Virus record (IMG/VR): IMGVR_UViG_2563366553_000007
DNA: 64,000 bases
Source of the DNA: a virus
Direction: 5' to 3' (one strand)
Below the pieces are notes generated by a model that was given only the letters and a program-made list of their open reading frames with translations, had not been told where the DNA came from and made no database searches. Position 1 is the first letter of the stretch, and the number at the start of each line of letters is the position of its first letter. Position numbers and translations under genes: made by a program. Of this stretch, positions 10,469 to 21,854 are shown piece by piece.

Positions 10469-10675
10469 AAAAACCTCCTCTAATTAAATACCTTTTTTGA
10501 TACTTTAAATAATTTAATACTTATTTTTTTGTATTATATAATTTTTAATATTTTTTAATAATATATTTCTTAAAAATATTATTTTTATATTTAAATTTCA
10601 TAAAAAATATTTTTTATATAATTTTTAATAGTATTTTAAAAAATTATAAGAAAAAATAATTTTTACTATAAATTT

Positions 10676-10712
10676 TATAAAAAAAAAGATAATAAAAATA
10701 TTATCTTTTTTA
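10676..10712. terminator. Terminator hairpin at the end of the minus-strand cluster 10717-12953
   Basis: The inverted repeat AGATAATAAAAATATTATCT is flanked by A- and T-runs. Confidence 0.5.
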
Positions 10713-10716
10713 TATA

Positions 10717-11358
10717 TTAATCATTACTTATTTGCTCTGGATATTTTTTATTTATAGCATCTTTTATATCTTTTGTATATATTTCATTTATTATATTTTC
10801 AATTTGAACTTTTGTATTGCTGTCAAATTTTCTATTATTCTTCTCTAATACATTTACAACTTTACTAAGCTTTTTAGACATATCAGTATTTTTATTTGAT
10901 TCAATTATATCTTTATATTGCTTAAGTATATTACTATTAAAGTACTCCGTTTCTATAAAATAATTGTGGCTTATTCCAAATAATATATTATAATAGTATT
11001 CAAGAGAACTGGTCCACTTATCTGCAAATTCATAACTTTGTTTCTTATCTATGTCCATTCCTGCTTCTATTTTCTTAATTCTTTTGATAACTTCATCCAA
11101 ATTAACTGTTTTTTTATTATCATCTATTACTTGAATATTAGAATTTATCTCATAATTATTAAATTCTAAGTATCTTTTTAAAGACTCTGATATATACTTA
11201 CCATATTTTTCATTTACTTTTTCTAAATTAACAGTAATAGTATAGTTTGAGTTTTTATTCCCAGCCTCAAGTGAGAAACCTTTAGATTTAACTTCTTGCA
11301 AAAATCCTTTAATTGTAGCATGCTCTTTTGGAATGGAATTAAAAAGAAGCTTCATCAT
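10717..11358 (-). CDS. Hypothetical protein
   Basis: The ORF is 213 aa and co-oriented with its neighbours. No motif was recognised. Confidence 0.4.
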   Translation of the reverse strand: MMKLLFNSIPKEHATIKGFLQEVKSKGFSLEAGNKNSNYTITVNLEKVNEKYGKYISESLKRYLEFNNYEINSNIQVIDDNKKTVNLDEVIKRIKKIEAGMDIDKKQSYEFADKWTSSLEYYYNILFGISHNYFIETEYFNSNILKQYKDIIESNKNTDMSKKLSKVVNVLEKNNRKFDSNTKVQIENIINEIYTKDIKDAINKKYPEQISND

Positions 11359-11692
11359 TTACATTAATTTTATATTGTTCTACAACATCTTCTAATTCAA
11401 ACCCTAAACAATATAATTTATTATTTAAATTATCCATAAAATTGAACATGTTGCTTATATAAATATTAACCATCTCATCTCTTTCTTTTATATTAAATTG
11501 GTCTATATTGCTTTTAATCAAATTGTCAAGCCCATCAAGTCCTTCTTTTTCTGTTGAAGAATAATTATAAATCTTATTCATTACTTTTGTTTTTTCAGAA
11601 CTTGAAAGTTTTTTTACATTAGTACACCCCGAAACAAGCATACTTATTAAAAAAGCAGATGTCATTATCTTAAAAATTTTTCTTTTATTCAT
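11339..11692 (-). CDS. Putative lipoprotein
   Basis: The signal peptide has a lipobox, LISMLVSGC. Confidence 0.5.
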   Translation of the reverse strand: MNKRKIFKIMTSAFLISMLVSGCTNVKKLSSSEKTKVMNKIYNYSSTEKEGLDGLDNLIKSNIDQFNIKERDEMVNIYISNMFNFMDNLNNKLYCLGFELEDVVEQYKINVNDEASF

Positions 11693-11717
11693 TATCTTTT
11701 TTATTCCTCCTATAACA

Positions 11718-11969
11718 TTATTTCTTTTTTAAGTAGTAATACATATCTATCCCGTCTACAATAAAAGCTCTTAAATATTCTACTAATAATTCATTTGTCA
11801 AAACAATTTGTGAAACTTGATTTTTATGTTTCTTTATTTCCTTAAAATCCCTTCCATCAAATTTATCTGCAAAGTAATCTTCTTCTTGAATAATTATCTC
11901 TTCAATAACTTTTTTTAGTTTCTTATTTATCACTTCTTGTTTATCTATTTTTTCTTTTTCCATTATCAA
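11718..11969 (-). CDS. Small hypothetical protein
   Basis: The 83-aa ORF is co-oriented in the cluster. Confidence 0.3.
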   Translation of the reverse strand: MIMEKEKIDKQEVINKKLKKVIEEIIIQEEDYFADKFDGRDFKEIKKHKNQVSQIVLTNELLVEYLRAFIVDGIDMYYYLKKK

Positions 11970-12053
11970 ATTCCTTTCTATAATAAATTTTAGTATATTA
12001 TAGAAATTTTCTTTAATAAAATAATTATAATCTGTATGGACTATTATAAAGTT

Positions 12054-12953
12054 TTAAAGCTCTGTTATTTTTATTATTTTGTTTGAAATCCTACTGAAAA
12101 GAATTTCAAATGAATTTGTTTTATTTTTATTAACTATTTTTATTACATACCTTGAATTAGCCATAGCATCCTTATCATCAAAATAGTATTTTACTATTTT
12201 ATAATTATTGAAGCTTCCTCTACCTAATGTAAAAAATTTTAATAGTATATCTTTATTAATGTCTTCATACTGAAGATTACTTAGCATGGCATCTACTTTT
12301 ATATTTACCTCTGTATTTAATTTCAAGTTAAATTCTTTAAATAACTTTTTGTTTTTTAATGGCCCTATAAACTTATTAAATTCTTTAAGGAATATATCAT
12401 TCGTATTTGATAATAGACTTTCTTTATCTAATGCTTTTGTAGTATATGGTACCTGTTTTTTATTGGATATTTTTTTGGAATTTATAATTTGAAAATTATC
12501 GTTAAAATCAATTCGCATGTTTTCTATATTAAACAATTCAGAATCTCCTAAAGATATTATTTCTATTTCAGCAAATTTATTTTTTACATCCTCTCCTATA
12601 GCTACTATTTTTGCTTCTTTAAAGTATTCATTTTCATTAGAATAAATTGCATCAATTACTTCTTTTATTGGGCTCTTGTTTTCAGATATAATTTTATTAA
12701 TATATTTCTCTTCAAAATAGCTATTAACAGGTTCATAATATTTATATGGATCGTAAAAATATGAATAATAAAAATCTTTGTCTGCTAACTTATTAAAAAC
12801 ATTATTTATAACATTGCTTATTTGAATTAAGTCTTGTTCTGTTGTATTACTCTTTTGTATATTAATTCCTTGTATATACATGTCCTTTTTTACCTCATCT
12901 TGTTTATTATCAAGAATAAACAACTTAAAATTTATATACCTATCACATCCCAC
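12054..12953 (-). CDS. Hypothetical protein
   Basis: The ORF is 299 aa. No motif was recognised. Confidence 0.4.
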   Translation of the reverse strand: MGCDRYINFKLFILDNKQDEVKKDMYIQGINIQKSNTTEQDLIQISNVINNVFNKLADKDFYYSYFYDPYKYYEPVNSYFEEKYINKIISENKSPIKEVIDAIYSNENEYFKEAKIVAIGEDVKNKFAEIEIISLGDSELFNIENMRIDFNDNFQIINSKKISNKKQVPYTTKALDKESLLSNTNDIFLKEFNKFIGPLKNKKLFKEFNLKLNTEVNIKVDAMLSNLQYEDINKDILLKFFTLGRGSFNNYKIVKYYFDDKDAMANSRYVIKIVNKNKTNSFEILFSRISNKIIKITEL

Positions 12954-13104
12954 AAGAACGCTATTAAATAAAAAAATTAAGATTACTAATATAATCTTAA
13001 CTTTTTATTATTTTTCCTCCTAACAACAAACTAACACCTTCTTTTATATTTTTATAAATATTTTAATATTATTATAGTATATTTATTGTTTATATAAAAT
13101 ATTT

Positions 13105-13668
13105 TTATTGTATAGATTTAGGATTAATTAAATAAATTTTATTCTTTTTTTCTTTTGCATAATTTAAACAGTTTAATGTACCGCTCTTGCTACCATCAAA
13201 ACAAGCTATTATATAAGAAGATACATCCACCATAAACTCATTCCTTTTTTGATATTTATAGGCATAAGTATATTTTTTATTTTTGCTTTTATTATATAAA
13301 TCAAGCTTATCTACATATATAACCTCATTTGCTTTGCCTAACATCCTCTCATATCTCAACTTATCATAATTATTCCAAGTGGAAGATTGTTCCTCAAAAG
13401 GAATAGCCAAAATATTATTTATATAAGAATATTTATTTTTTAATGATTCTACTGTGAAAAAACTAATAGTATCAAAACCTGTTGCTCCTCCTGAAATAAA
13501 AGTATCTACATTATTTACCTCTATAAGAGTTATTATTTGTTTTCTTAATAATTTTGCCAACATTTGATATTTTGTATTTGATAAATCAGAACCATATAAT
13601 TTATCTGTTCTATGTCCTGTAAAAGCACAAGTTTTTTCCTTAGATTTTAAATATAGCAATATAACCAA
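13105..13668 (-). CDS. YpsA/DUF1273-like (SLOG-superfamily) protein
   Basis: The motifs are AFTGHR ... ISGGATGFD, the pattern I recall for the YpsA/YoqJ family. Confidence 0.5.
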   Translation of the reverse strand: MVILLYLKSKEKTCAFTGHRTDKLYGSDLSNTKYQMLAKLLRKQIITLIEVNNVDTFISGGATGFDTISFFTVESLKNKYSYINNILAIPFEEQSSTWNNYDKLRYERMLGKANEVIYVDKLDLYNKSKNKKYTYAYKYQKRNEFMVDVSSYIIACFDGSKSGTLNCLNYAKEKKNKIYLINPKSIQ

Positions 13669-13778
13669 TCCTTTCTATCTTTTTTTTATTATATAGAAAT
13701 TTTTTTTAACAATTCATAAAGCAAATTAAATGTTGTACAATTAAATAGATTATATTAATAGAAAGGAATATTTTAGAT

Positions 13779-14792
13779 ATGTTAAACATTTTAATATTAT
13801 TATTTATTTTGAAGTATTTGAATGAAATTAGAAAGGTCCATCTGATTGAAAATAAGTTAGACTACATTTTCTTAGGTTTTTCAATTATTACATTTTTAGA
13901 AACGACTTTTGTAGCACTTACACATCTATATAGCCTTGTAGAGTTTTTCTTACACTATGAATTCTTTAAGAGTTTTTCAATATCAATATATAAAATTATT
14001 CAAAATGATCCTAATTTTATAATACCAAAACTTTTATCTGTTTTTAGTTTCATTATAATCCAATTTGTAGTTTTCTTTGTAGGGTATTTATATCTTTTGT
14101 ATAAGGAAAGATTAAGAAACATCTCAAAAAGAAAGAAAGAATATTTAAAAATATTTAAACAAATTTTCCCATTTGTTTTTTTCGCTATTATTGTAACAGA
14201 ATTTGTTTATAACCCCTTCATTGGTTATTTAAGTGTAAATTATATATTTTTATATTTAGTGTTACTTTTTACTTCTTTCTATTTTTCTTTAAAAGAATTT
14301 AAAAAAGAGATTAAAAATAACCCTAATGAAAAACCTAATTACTACATTATATTTTTTGGCCTATTAATAGTTTGTTTATTAATACTATCAACATGTACTT
14401 TTTTATTTATACTATTGAATCCAACTTTTAATACTGTACCAGAAAAGTCACCAACTTATACAAGTTTAATAAACTCATTGTATTATCTATCTTTATTAGC
14501 TATTCTAATATCAATGTATTTAATTTCTTATTTATTTGTATATAACATTAATTTAGGAATTAGCAAATTTAATAAAGTTAGATGTATTTTTTATCTTATT
14601 CTATTTGTACTTTATATACTTTCCAGATTAGCTAATTTTAGTACAGATTCTTCTGTCTTTACAATTAAAGTTTTGGAGTATGAACTAAATTTTAAATCAG
14701 CAATTACTGAATATTCAACAGAAGCTTTTCTTACAGTTGTAATTTTTGATTCTTTTTTTCAAAGCCTACTTGAATTTAAAAAAAGTAAATGA
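13779..14792 (+). CDS. Polytopic membrane protein, unknown function
   Basis: It has about 8 predicted TM helices and is Phe/Leu/Ile-rich. Confidence 0.5.
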   Translation: MLNILILLFILKYLNEIRKVHLIENKLDYIFLGFSIITFLETTFVALTHLYSLVEFFLHYEFFKSFSISIYKIIQNDPNFIIPKLLSVFSFIIIQFVVFFVGYLYLLYKERLRNISKRKKEYLKIFKQIFPFVFFAIIVTEFVYNPFIGYLSVNYIFLYLVLLFTSFYFSLKEFKKEIKNNPNEKPNYYIIFFGLLIVCLLILSTCTFLFILLNPTFNTVPEKSPTYTSLINSLYYLSLLAILISMYLISYLFVYNINLGISKFNKVRCIFYLILFVLYILSRLANFSTDSSVFTIKVLEYELNFKSAITEYSTEAFLTVVIFDSFFQSLLEFKKSK

Positions 14793-14849
14793 TAATTATT
14801 AGAAAATTACCTTTTGCATACTATTATAAAAAAAGAAAGGTAATCTTCA

Positions 14850-15413
14850 ATGAAGAAAATATCAGAGATAAGCAAAGAAAATATAGGTGAATTAGATATA
14901 TTCTTAGGGATAATATTTAACATCTTGATCGTTATTGGATATATATTGTTTAATGATTTTGAATTTCTTATAAATAATATTAATTTAAAGTCCTTGTTCT
15001 ATTTTATTGCAATTGTTGTTAGCACAGTAATTGTACATGAACTTATACATATATTATTTTTTAATTTTTTTAGCAAAGGTAAAGCTAAAATAAAAATTAA
15101 ATATGATAAACACATAGGCTCTATAGTAATATATCAGTCAAATAAAGTTATTTTATATAACAAGATTCAAACAATTATAATATTATTAGCTCCACTTTTA
15201 TCAATTGCTATAATCAGTTTCTTTTGTATATTTTATTTTAAAACTATATCAGAAATATTAAAAATAAACTTAATTTTAAATTCAATGGGAAGTACAGGAG
15301 ACTTTATTATCTCCAGCAAACTATTCCATAATTACATATCTAAAAATATCCTTATAAACTATTCTTACTCTTCTCATAAAGGAACTATTATGAATATTTA
15401 TACAAAAAAATAA
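14850..15413 (+). CDS. Membrane protein with HExxH motif (putative membrane zincin, DUF3267-like)
   Basis: VHELIHILFF sits inside a TM helix, and there are about 4 TM segments. Confidence 0.45.
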   Translation: MKKISEISKENIGELDIFLGIIFNILIVIGYILFNDFEFLINNINLKSLFYFIAIVVSTVIVHELIHILFFNFFSKGKAKIKIKYDKHIGSIVIYQSNKVILYNKIQTIIILLAPLLSIAIISFFCIFYFKTISEILKINLILNSMGSTGDFIISSKLFHNYISKNILINYSYSSHKGTIMNIYTKK

Positions 15414-15633
15414 TACTAAAATTAGTATTATTTTTTTTATATCATTATTTTTTATTTGAATTAATTATTATTTTCTAAATTAAATTATTATTTTTATGAA
15501 AAATATATAATTTTAAATTATTTATTTTTTTTAATTGTAATTCAATTTTTTCTATTAAAAAAACATTATTTTTTATAGTATATTATATATTCTTAAAAAT
15601 ATATAATTTTTTTATAATTAGGAGGTAAAAATA

Positions 15634-17768
15634 TTGAAAAAAATATTTATAGCAGAAAAACCTTCAGTAGCTAAAAATATTGCTGATAAATTTAATATTA
15701 AAAATAGACAAGATGGTTACTTTGAAGGAGAAGATTATATAATAACTTGGGCTTATGGTCATTTATTCCAATTGTATGATTCTAAAGATTATAATGAAGC
15801 CATGTCTATCTGGAAAATGGATAATTTCCCTTTCATCCCAGATAAATTTAAATATAAAGCTAAAGAGGATGTAAAAAAACAAGTAAACATAATAAAAAAA
15901 TTAATAAATCGTGAAGATGTTAATGAAATAATATCTGCAACTGACTTTGATAGAGAAGGAGAATTAATTTCACATGAGATTTTAACTTGTTTAAAAGCAA
16001 CTAAACCAATAAAACGAATTCTATTAAATGAATGGACTCCAGAAGAGATTGAAAAGGGTATGAGAAACTTAAGAAACAATATAGATATGAAACCTCTACA
16101 AGATGCAGGTATGAGTAGACAGTTAGCAGATTGGATAATAGGGATAAATCTAACTTCAGTATCAACCCTAAAATATCGAAATGGGAATAATAAAATAATT
16201 AATATAGGAAGAGTTTTACTTCCAACCTTAAAAATTATCTATGATAGAGATAAAGAAATAGAAAATTTTGTTACAAGCACTTATTACAAATTATTAGCTA
16301 CATTTAATACGAATAAAAATGAATTTTTAGAAGGAGTATATTATGACGAAAATGATAATGAAAAGTTCGATAATGAAAAAACTCCAGATAGCTTAGTTAG
16401 CCTGATAAAAGGACAAAAATGTAAGATATTAAATAAAGAAGTTGAAAGAAAAAAGGAAAAAGCCCCTTCTCTATTTAATTTATCTGGGTTACAAGGCCAT
16501 ATTACAAGCAAATATAACAACTGGACCTCAGATAAAGTTTTAAAGGTTGCACAATCTCTATACGAGAATAAATATATAACTTACCCACGTACAGATAGTG
16601 TTTTATTGGAGGAAAGTTTAAAAGCAAAAGCTGAAAGGGTATTAAATGTTCTAAAAAAAGGAGAGCCTTTTGAAGATAAAATTAAATTTAGTGATAGCAA
16701 AAAGATATTTGATAATTCCAGGTTGAAAGTCACAGTGCAATTATTCCAACTTATATAATTCCTAAAAACCTAAGCCCTAATGAAAGTATAGTATATACAG
16801 AAATAAAAAATAGATTCTTTATGCAATTTATGCCTGTAGCCGAATATGATGAAACTACCCTTATAATAAAAGCTTTAGTTGATGGTTTAAAAGGATGTTT
16901 TATATCTAAGGGAAAAATAGAAATAGTTACTGGTTGGAAGGAAATAGAAAAAAGAGATGCTAAAGATGTTCTTTTACCTGAGGTAAATGAAAATGACATA
17001 TTAAGTATAGAAGATGTTAGTATAGGTAAAGTTGTAAGAAAACCACCTAAACCACATACAGAAAAGACTCTACTAAAAATTATGCAAACTTGTGGAAAAA
17101 GTTTTAAAAATGATGATGATTCAAATGAAATAATGGAATCTGTTTTGAGTGGATTTAGTATAGGGACTTCTGCCACAAGAGCAGACACTATAAAAAAATT
17201 AAAAGATACTGGATATGTGGAGACTAAGGGAAAGAGTCTTTCTTGCACAAGTTTGGGAGTTAGTTTAATTGAAAATTTCCCTGTTAGACAATTGCTTGAC
17301 TTAGAATATACAGGTAAGCTTGAAAAAACACTTTTAGATATAGAAAAAGGACTTTGTAGGAAAGAAGATTTCTTAAACACTATAAAAGATTTTACTATTA
17401 ATGCTGTAAGTTTAATAAAAAATGATAATTCTACATTACTTCTTCCTGCTTCAAATAATAAAAAATCCACTAAACCTGTAGTTGGAAAATGCCCACTTTG
17501 TCAAGGAGATATTATTGAAAATGATAAAAATTTTGGGTGTAGTAACTGGAAGACAGGATGTAAATATGCAATCTGGAAAAATGATAAATATATTAAAACA
17601 TTTGGTAAAAAAGTAACCTCTACTATGGTAAAAAAATTACTAAAAGATGGAAAAGTTGAATTTAATGATCTTGTTAGTAAAAAAGGTACAAAATATACAG
17701 CTTATCTAAGTTATGGATTAGATAAGGATACTGTTTTTTTTAGTTGGAAGATGGAATTTAAAAAATAA
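15634..17768 (+). CDS. Type IA DNA topoisomerase (topoisomerase III-like), interrupted by a frameshift near 16715-16745
   Basis: The TOPRIM motif is EKPSVAK, followed by TWAYGHL and the active-site Tyr signature ITYPRTDS. The conserved HSAIIPT motif lies in the +2 frame between the two track ORFs 15634..16758 and 16821..17768. The C-terminus carries Zn ribbons, CPLCQG...CSNWKTGC. Confidence 0.8.
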
Positions 17769-17777
17769 TAATAAATA

Positions 17778-17815
17778 AAATAGAAATAAAATTTTATTTC
17801 TATTTTATTTATTTG
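17778..17815 (+). terminator. Rho-independent terminator after the topoisomerase gene
   Basis: The hairpin TAGAAATAAAATTTTATTTCTA is followed by a T-rich tract. Confidence 0.55.
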
Positions 17816-17935
17816 TTTCACGATAAACAAATATTGTATTAAATATAGATAGAAAGGAAAAATATGTTGTATATTAGAATATTTTTCCTTGAGAAAGAAA
17901 TATAAAGTTACCCTCACAAGAAAGGATTCAAATAC

Positions 17936-18553
17936 TTGATAGCAGAAAACCAGAATATCTCAACAGTAAATGAAGCAATCTTATTGCTAAAAGAAATTAA
18001 CTACATTAAAAACTATAATATCTATAATAAAATATCTAATTTAGAAATCTTCTCTATACATAGAGAAACATTTTATCATTTGTTTAGATGTCAAGAGCTT
18101 GCATTTTACTTTTCCCAGATGTTAATGTTAAGTGGAGATAAAAAAATAACTTTAATTGAAGGTTGTCTACTCCATGATATTGGCAAGCTGACATTGGATC
18201 CTAAGTTGTTATATAAAAAAGATAAATTATCTAAAGATGAATATCTGTATATAAAAAAACATACTGAATTCAAATCTCCCATTTTGTCTTTAGACATTAA
18301 TACTCTTATTAGACTTCATCATAAAAAGCTCTGCCTTTTAAGATATAATAATTTATATGAAATTCTTAAAATAATTTTAATTATTGATGCTTATGATGCT
18401 ATGAATAATAAAAGAAGCTATAAAGATAAACTGAGTTATGAAAAAATAAAAATTGAAATATTTAATAACCTAAATATACAATTTGATGAAGAATATTCAA
18501 CTAAATTTTTATTATTCTTGGACTTATTTAATAAAGAAAAAACACTATTATAA
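17936..18553 (+). CDS. HD-domain phosphohydrolase
   Basis: The motifs are H...LHDIGK...D, with LLHDIGKLTLD as the core. Confidence 0.55.
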   Translation: MIAENQNISTVNEAILLLKEINYIKNYNIYNKISNLEIFSIHRETFYHLFRCQELAFYFSQMLMLSGDKKITLIEGCLLHDIGKLTLDPKLLYKKDKLSKDEYLYIKKHTEFKSPILSLDINTLIRLHHKKLCLLRYNNLYEILKIILIIDAYDAMNNKRSYKDKLSYEKIKIEIFNNLNIQFDEEYSTKFLLFLDLFNKEKTLL

Positions 18554-18568
18554 TAATAGTGTTTTTTA
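18537..18568. terminator. Bidirectional terminator
   Basis: The hairpin is AAAACACTATTATAATAATAGTGTTTTTT. Confidence 0.5.
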
Positions 18569-20500
18569 ACTTGCTATTTTGTTTTCAAGTTTCAATCTTT
18601 CAAGTTTTTCTCTTAATCTGGATATTCTATTTAGAGACTTAGTTTGTTCTATTGAATAATTTAAGGCTTCTTCTTCTCCTATCATAATTAACTTCTCTTT
18701 CGCTCTTGTCATACCTGTATAAATTAGATTTCTGTTTAAAGAGGTCCTTTGACTGTGGTGAATTGGCATTATTACAGCTGGAAATTCACTTCCTTGGCTT
18801 TTATGAATAGTCATAGCATAGCTTAATTCCAATTCGTCAATTAAATCTTCAGTGTAAATTACATTTTTATCATGTATTTTATATTCCACTTCTATTTCAT
18901 ATTCAAGTATTCCTTTTTGGGAAACTTTAGTGTATATTTTTCTTATAAATCCAATATCTCCATTAAATACACCTAAATTATAATTATTAGAGTTCTGCAT
19001 TACTCTATCCCCTATTCTAAAACAATTATAATTATCTATTACATATTCTGGGTTAGAGGATTTAGGGTTAAATTCTTGTTGTAAAACTCTATTTATTTCT
19101 TTAACTCCAATTTCATTTAATTTTAATGGTGTTAATATATAAATATCTTCAAATTTAAAATTGTATTTTTCCATTAAACATTTTATACTTCTTAGTATAT
19201 TACTTTTTATTTTAAAAATATTGCTCTCTTTCCAAAAAATAAAGTCACTTCCAGTTTTGTTTAATATATCAATCCCATCTCTTGAAGTTGTTAACAATCC
19301 TGAATTAACTTTGTGCGAATTTAAAATTATACTTGAATCTTTCGATTGCCTAAATATTTTATTAAGCTTAACAACAGGTATTATATTACTATCTATTAAA
19401 TCTTTTAAAATTAGTCCTGCTCCAACAGAAGGAAGTTGGTCCACATCTCCTACTATTATAACCATTGTATTTTCATTAATTTTAGAAATAAGTTTATCAA
19501 ATAGAGAAGCATCAATCATAGATGCTTCATCTATGATGACAACATCTTCTGTTATTTCTTCTAACTCTGTGTTTTTATATGGATTTATCTTCAACCCTCT
19601 GTGGATAGTAGAAGACTCCATCTTTATTAACTCTTTCATCCGATTGGACGCTTTTCCTGTTGGTGCAAGTAATCTTATTTTAACTTTAGGATTTATATAT
19701 TTTAAACAATTAACAATAATATTTGTTAAAAATGTTTTTCCTGTACCTGGCCCGCCTGTAATAATAGATAGCTTACTATTTAGAACTGTATTTAAAGCTT
19801 CTTTTCTTTTTAAATCTAAAGTAAAAAAGGTACTTTCATAATAAGATATAAAATTATTTATATCTTTTTTTTGTAAAAATTCAGACTTAGGTTTATTTAA
19901 TAAGTTTTTTATATTATTAACAATATTATTCTCTACATAATTATAAAAACTCTTATAAATGTAAGTGTTTCCTTTTTCATCTTTTTCTATAATTACTAAC
20001 TTTAATGCCTCTAACTCCTCTAATGCAAATTTAATTTGATCTTCGGATATGTTATTATTGCTATAACTACTAAATCTATTTAAAAATCTGTTTAAATTGC
20101 TAAAAACCATATCTCTATATATGCACATGTCTCCATTATTGTCTGTTCTATAATTAAGATATTCTAAAATGGCACACACTACACGTTTTTGGTTATCTGC
20201 ACTTAATCCAAGATTATTAGCTATTTTATCTGCATATATGAATTTTATATTACCATTAGTGCAAATAGAGTATGGGTTATTAAGTATCTTAGGTAAACTA
20301 AGCTCTCCATAAGTCTCATACACTTTTATTGCTACCCTTGTAGCTATTCCCATCCCTTGTATAAAGAAGGCTAATTCTTGAAAATTTTCAAATTCGATTA
20401 GTTGTTGGTATATAAGCTTTGCTTTTTTCTCTGTTATCTTAGGGACAGTCAATAAAATCCTATAATCATTTTTTATTAATTTCAAAACTCCCATACCCAA
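18566..20500 (-). CDS. RecD2-like SF1B helicase (N-terminal HhH + RecD-type helicase)
   Basis: The helicase motifs are GGPGTGKT, IIDEASM, VGDVDQLPSVGAG and TIHKSQGSEF. An N-terminal helix-hairpin-helix region is present. Confidence 0.8.
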   Translation of the reverse strand: MGMGVLKLIKNDYRILLTVPKITEKKAKLIYQQLIEFENFQELAFFIQGMGIATRVAIKVYETYGELSLPKILNNPYSICTNGNIKFIYADKIANNLGLSADNQKRVVCAILEYLNYRTDNNGDMCIYRDMVFSNLNRFLNRFSSYSNNNISEDQIKFALEELEALKLVIIEKDEKGNTYIYKSFYNYVENNIVNNIKNLLNKPKSEFLQKKDINNFISYYESTFFTLDLKRKEALNTVLNSKLSIITGGPGTGKTFLTNIIVNCLKYINPKVKIRLLAPTGKASNRMKELIKMESSTIHRGLKINPYKNTELEEITEDVVIIDEASMIDASLFDKLISKINENTMVIIVGDVDQLPSVGAGLILKDLIDSNIIPVVKLNKIFRQSKDSSIILNSHKVNSGLLTTSRDGIDILNKTGSDFIFWKESNIFKIKSNILRSIKCLMEKYNFKFEDIYILTPLKLNEIGVKEINRVLQQEFNPKSSNPEYVIDNYNCFRIGDRVMQNSNNYNLGVFNGDIGFIRKIYTKVSQKGILEYEIEVEYKIHDKNVIYTEDLIDELELSYAMTIHKSQGSEFPAVIMPIHHSQRTSLNRNLIYTGMTRAKEKLIMIGEEEALNYSIEQTKSLNRISRLREKLERLKLENKIAS

Positions 20501-20565
20501 AATTTCAACTATTTCTAATGATTTTTTTAAACTAAGTCCCTTAACTCTCTTATTTATGAACTCTG

Positions 20566-20829
20566 CTAAGGTCTTCTTACTTTCAGGTATAATAATTTGG
20601 GTATTTCCTCTAAATAAAAAAAATCTCCATAAATATCATCAAATTTTTTTGTTACCTTCCCTTCATATTCATCGCCTTCATAAAGAATAGGGAAAAACCC
20701 CTTAACAGTAATTTCCTGTGTTGAATTATTATCTATTTTATTTTTTAATATAGCTTTACAAATTGAATATCTTTTTTCATTATCTCTATAATTAATTTTT
20801 TTAATCACAAATTTAATATAATATTCCAT
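20566..20829 (-). CDS. Small hypothetical protein
   Basis: The ORF is 87 aa. Confidence 0.3.
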   Translation of the reverse strand: MEYYIKFVIKKINYRDNEKRYSICKAILKNKIDNNSTQEITVKGFFPILYEGDEYEGKVTKKFDDIYGDFFYLEEIPKLLYLKVRRP

Positions 20830-20933
20830 AAAAAATCCCCTTTTTTATTTTTTATATTCAATATAATTATATCATTTTATACTGCAAATAATCATTATTT
20901 TTATTATTTTTAATAATATAATATATAAATAAA

Positions 20934-21854
20934 ATGATTAAGAAGGTGCTTAGAGTGGATAATTTATATAAGATTCTTATTATTAATAGTACTTTTTTTA
21001 TAAGGAATATAGTAAAAACAGCTATTAGCAATAAACCAAAGAAAAATAAGTGTAGTTTTAGTGTAATTAATGAAGAGTGTGTAATTGGTAAAGAAGTAGA
21101 AGAAATAGAAAAAAATAAGATAAAAATTGTTATTGTTGACATAAACACATTAGATGAAATTAGATTAATAAAAGAGATTAGTGAAAGTTTTAAAACAATG
21201 AATATAATAGTACTTACCTCCCTCTCAGACCAGTTAATTAAAGATGAGATATTAAAATACACTTCTTATTACATAAAAAAGCCTTTGGCTGAAATTGAGC
21301 TTTGGAATAAATTGGATTTAATTGTTAAATCTAATCTAAAACGAAAAGAAACTAAAGAAACTAAAGAAACTATAAATATTTCAAAAAAAAGTACTTCATC
21401 TTGTAAAGAAACTAAAGAAACAATTGATTTAACCGTGTCCAAAAACTATTTATTAGATTCAATTAAATTTGATATTCATAATTTAGTAAATGAAATGAAA
21501 ATTCTACAAAAATATGATATAGATGAAACTAAATTAATTGATGAAATAGAATCTATTTCAAATAAAGAAAATCAAGCTGTTGAAAAAGAAAAGGAACAAA
21601 CAAATACATCCTCAATTAATTTAAGTTTTTTAAATAATTTTGAGGGTAGTGCACAAAAAATGGAATTAAATAATGCACATAAATACTATAATAAGAAAAA
21701 TACAAGTAAATGTATTGAAATAACTCCACCAAAAGAAGATAAGAGAAAAAACATAGAGATAAAACACACTTTAAAAAGAAATAATTATGAAAAAAAAGAA
21801 AAAAAGAAAAATGCTTTTAGGGAGTTACTGAAAAATCTAAAAAAAAAATCTTAA
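20934..21854 (+). CDS. Receiver(REC)-like domain protein with a KETKET tandem-repeat linker
   Basis: The CheY-like pattern is IKIVIVDIN...IIVLTS...YIKKP. A 9-bp repeat GAAACTAAA x3+2 lies at 21346-21430. The C-terminus is Lys-rich. Confidence 0.45.
   Translation: MIKKVLRVDNLYKILIINSTFFIRNIVKTAISNKPKKNKCSFSVINEECVIGKEVEEIEKNKIKIVIVDINTLDEIRLIKEISESFKTMNIIVLTSLSDQLIKDEILKYTSYYIKKPLAEIELWNKLDLIVKSNLKRKETKETKETINISKKSTSSCKETKETIDLTVSKNYLLDSIKFDIHNLVNEMKILQKYDIDETKLIDEIESISNKENQAVEKEKEQTNTSSINLSFLNNFEGSAQKMELNNAHKYYNKKNTSKCIEITPPKEDKRKNIEIKHTLKRNNYEKKEKKKNAFRELLKNLKKKS

Noticed and set aside
20867-21262. 131-aa minus-strand ORF overlapping the REC-like gene
   Set aside because: It is hydrophobic and low-complexity with no RBS. 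The plus-strand gene has a domain signature.
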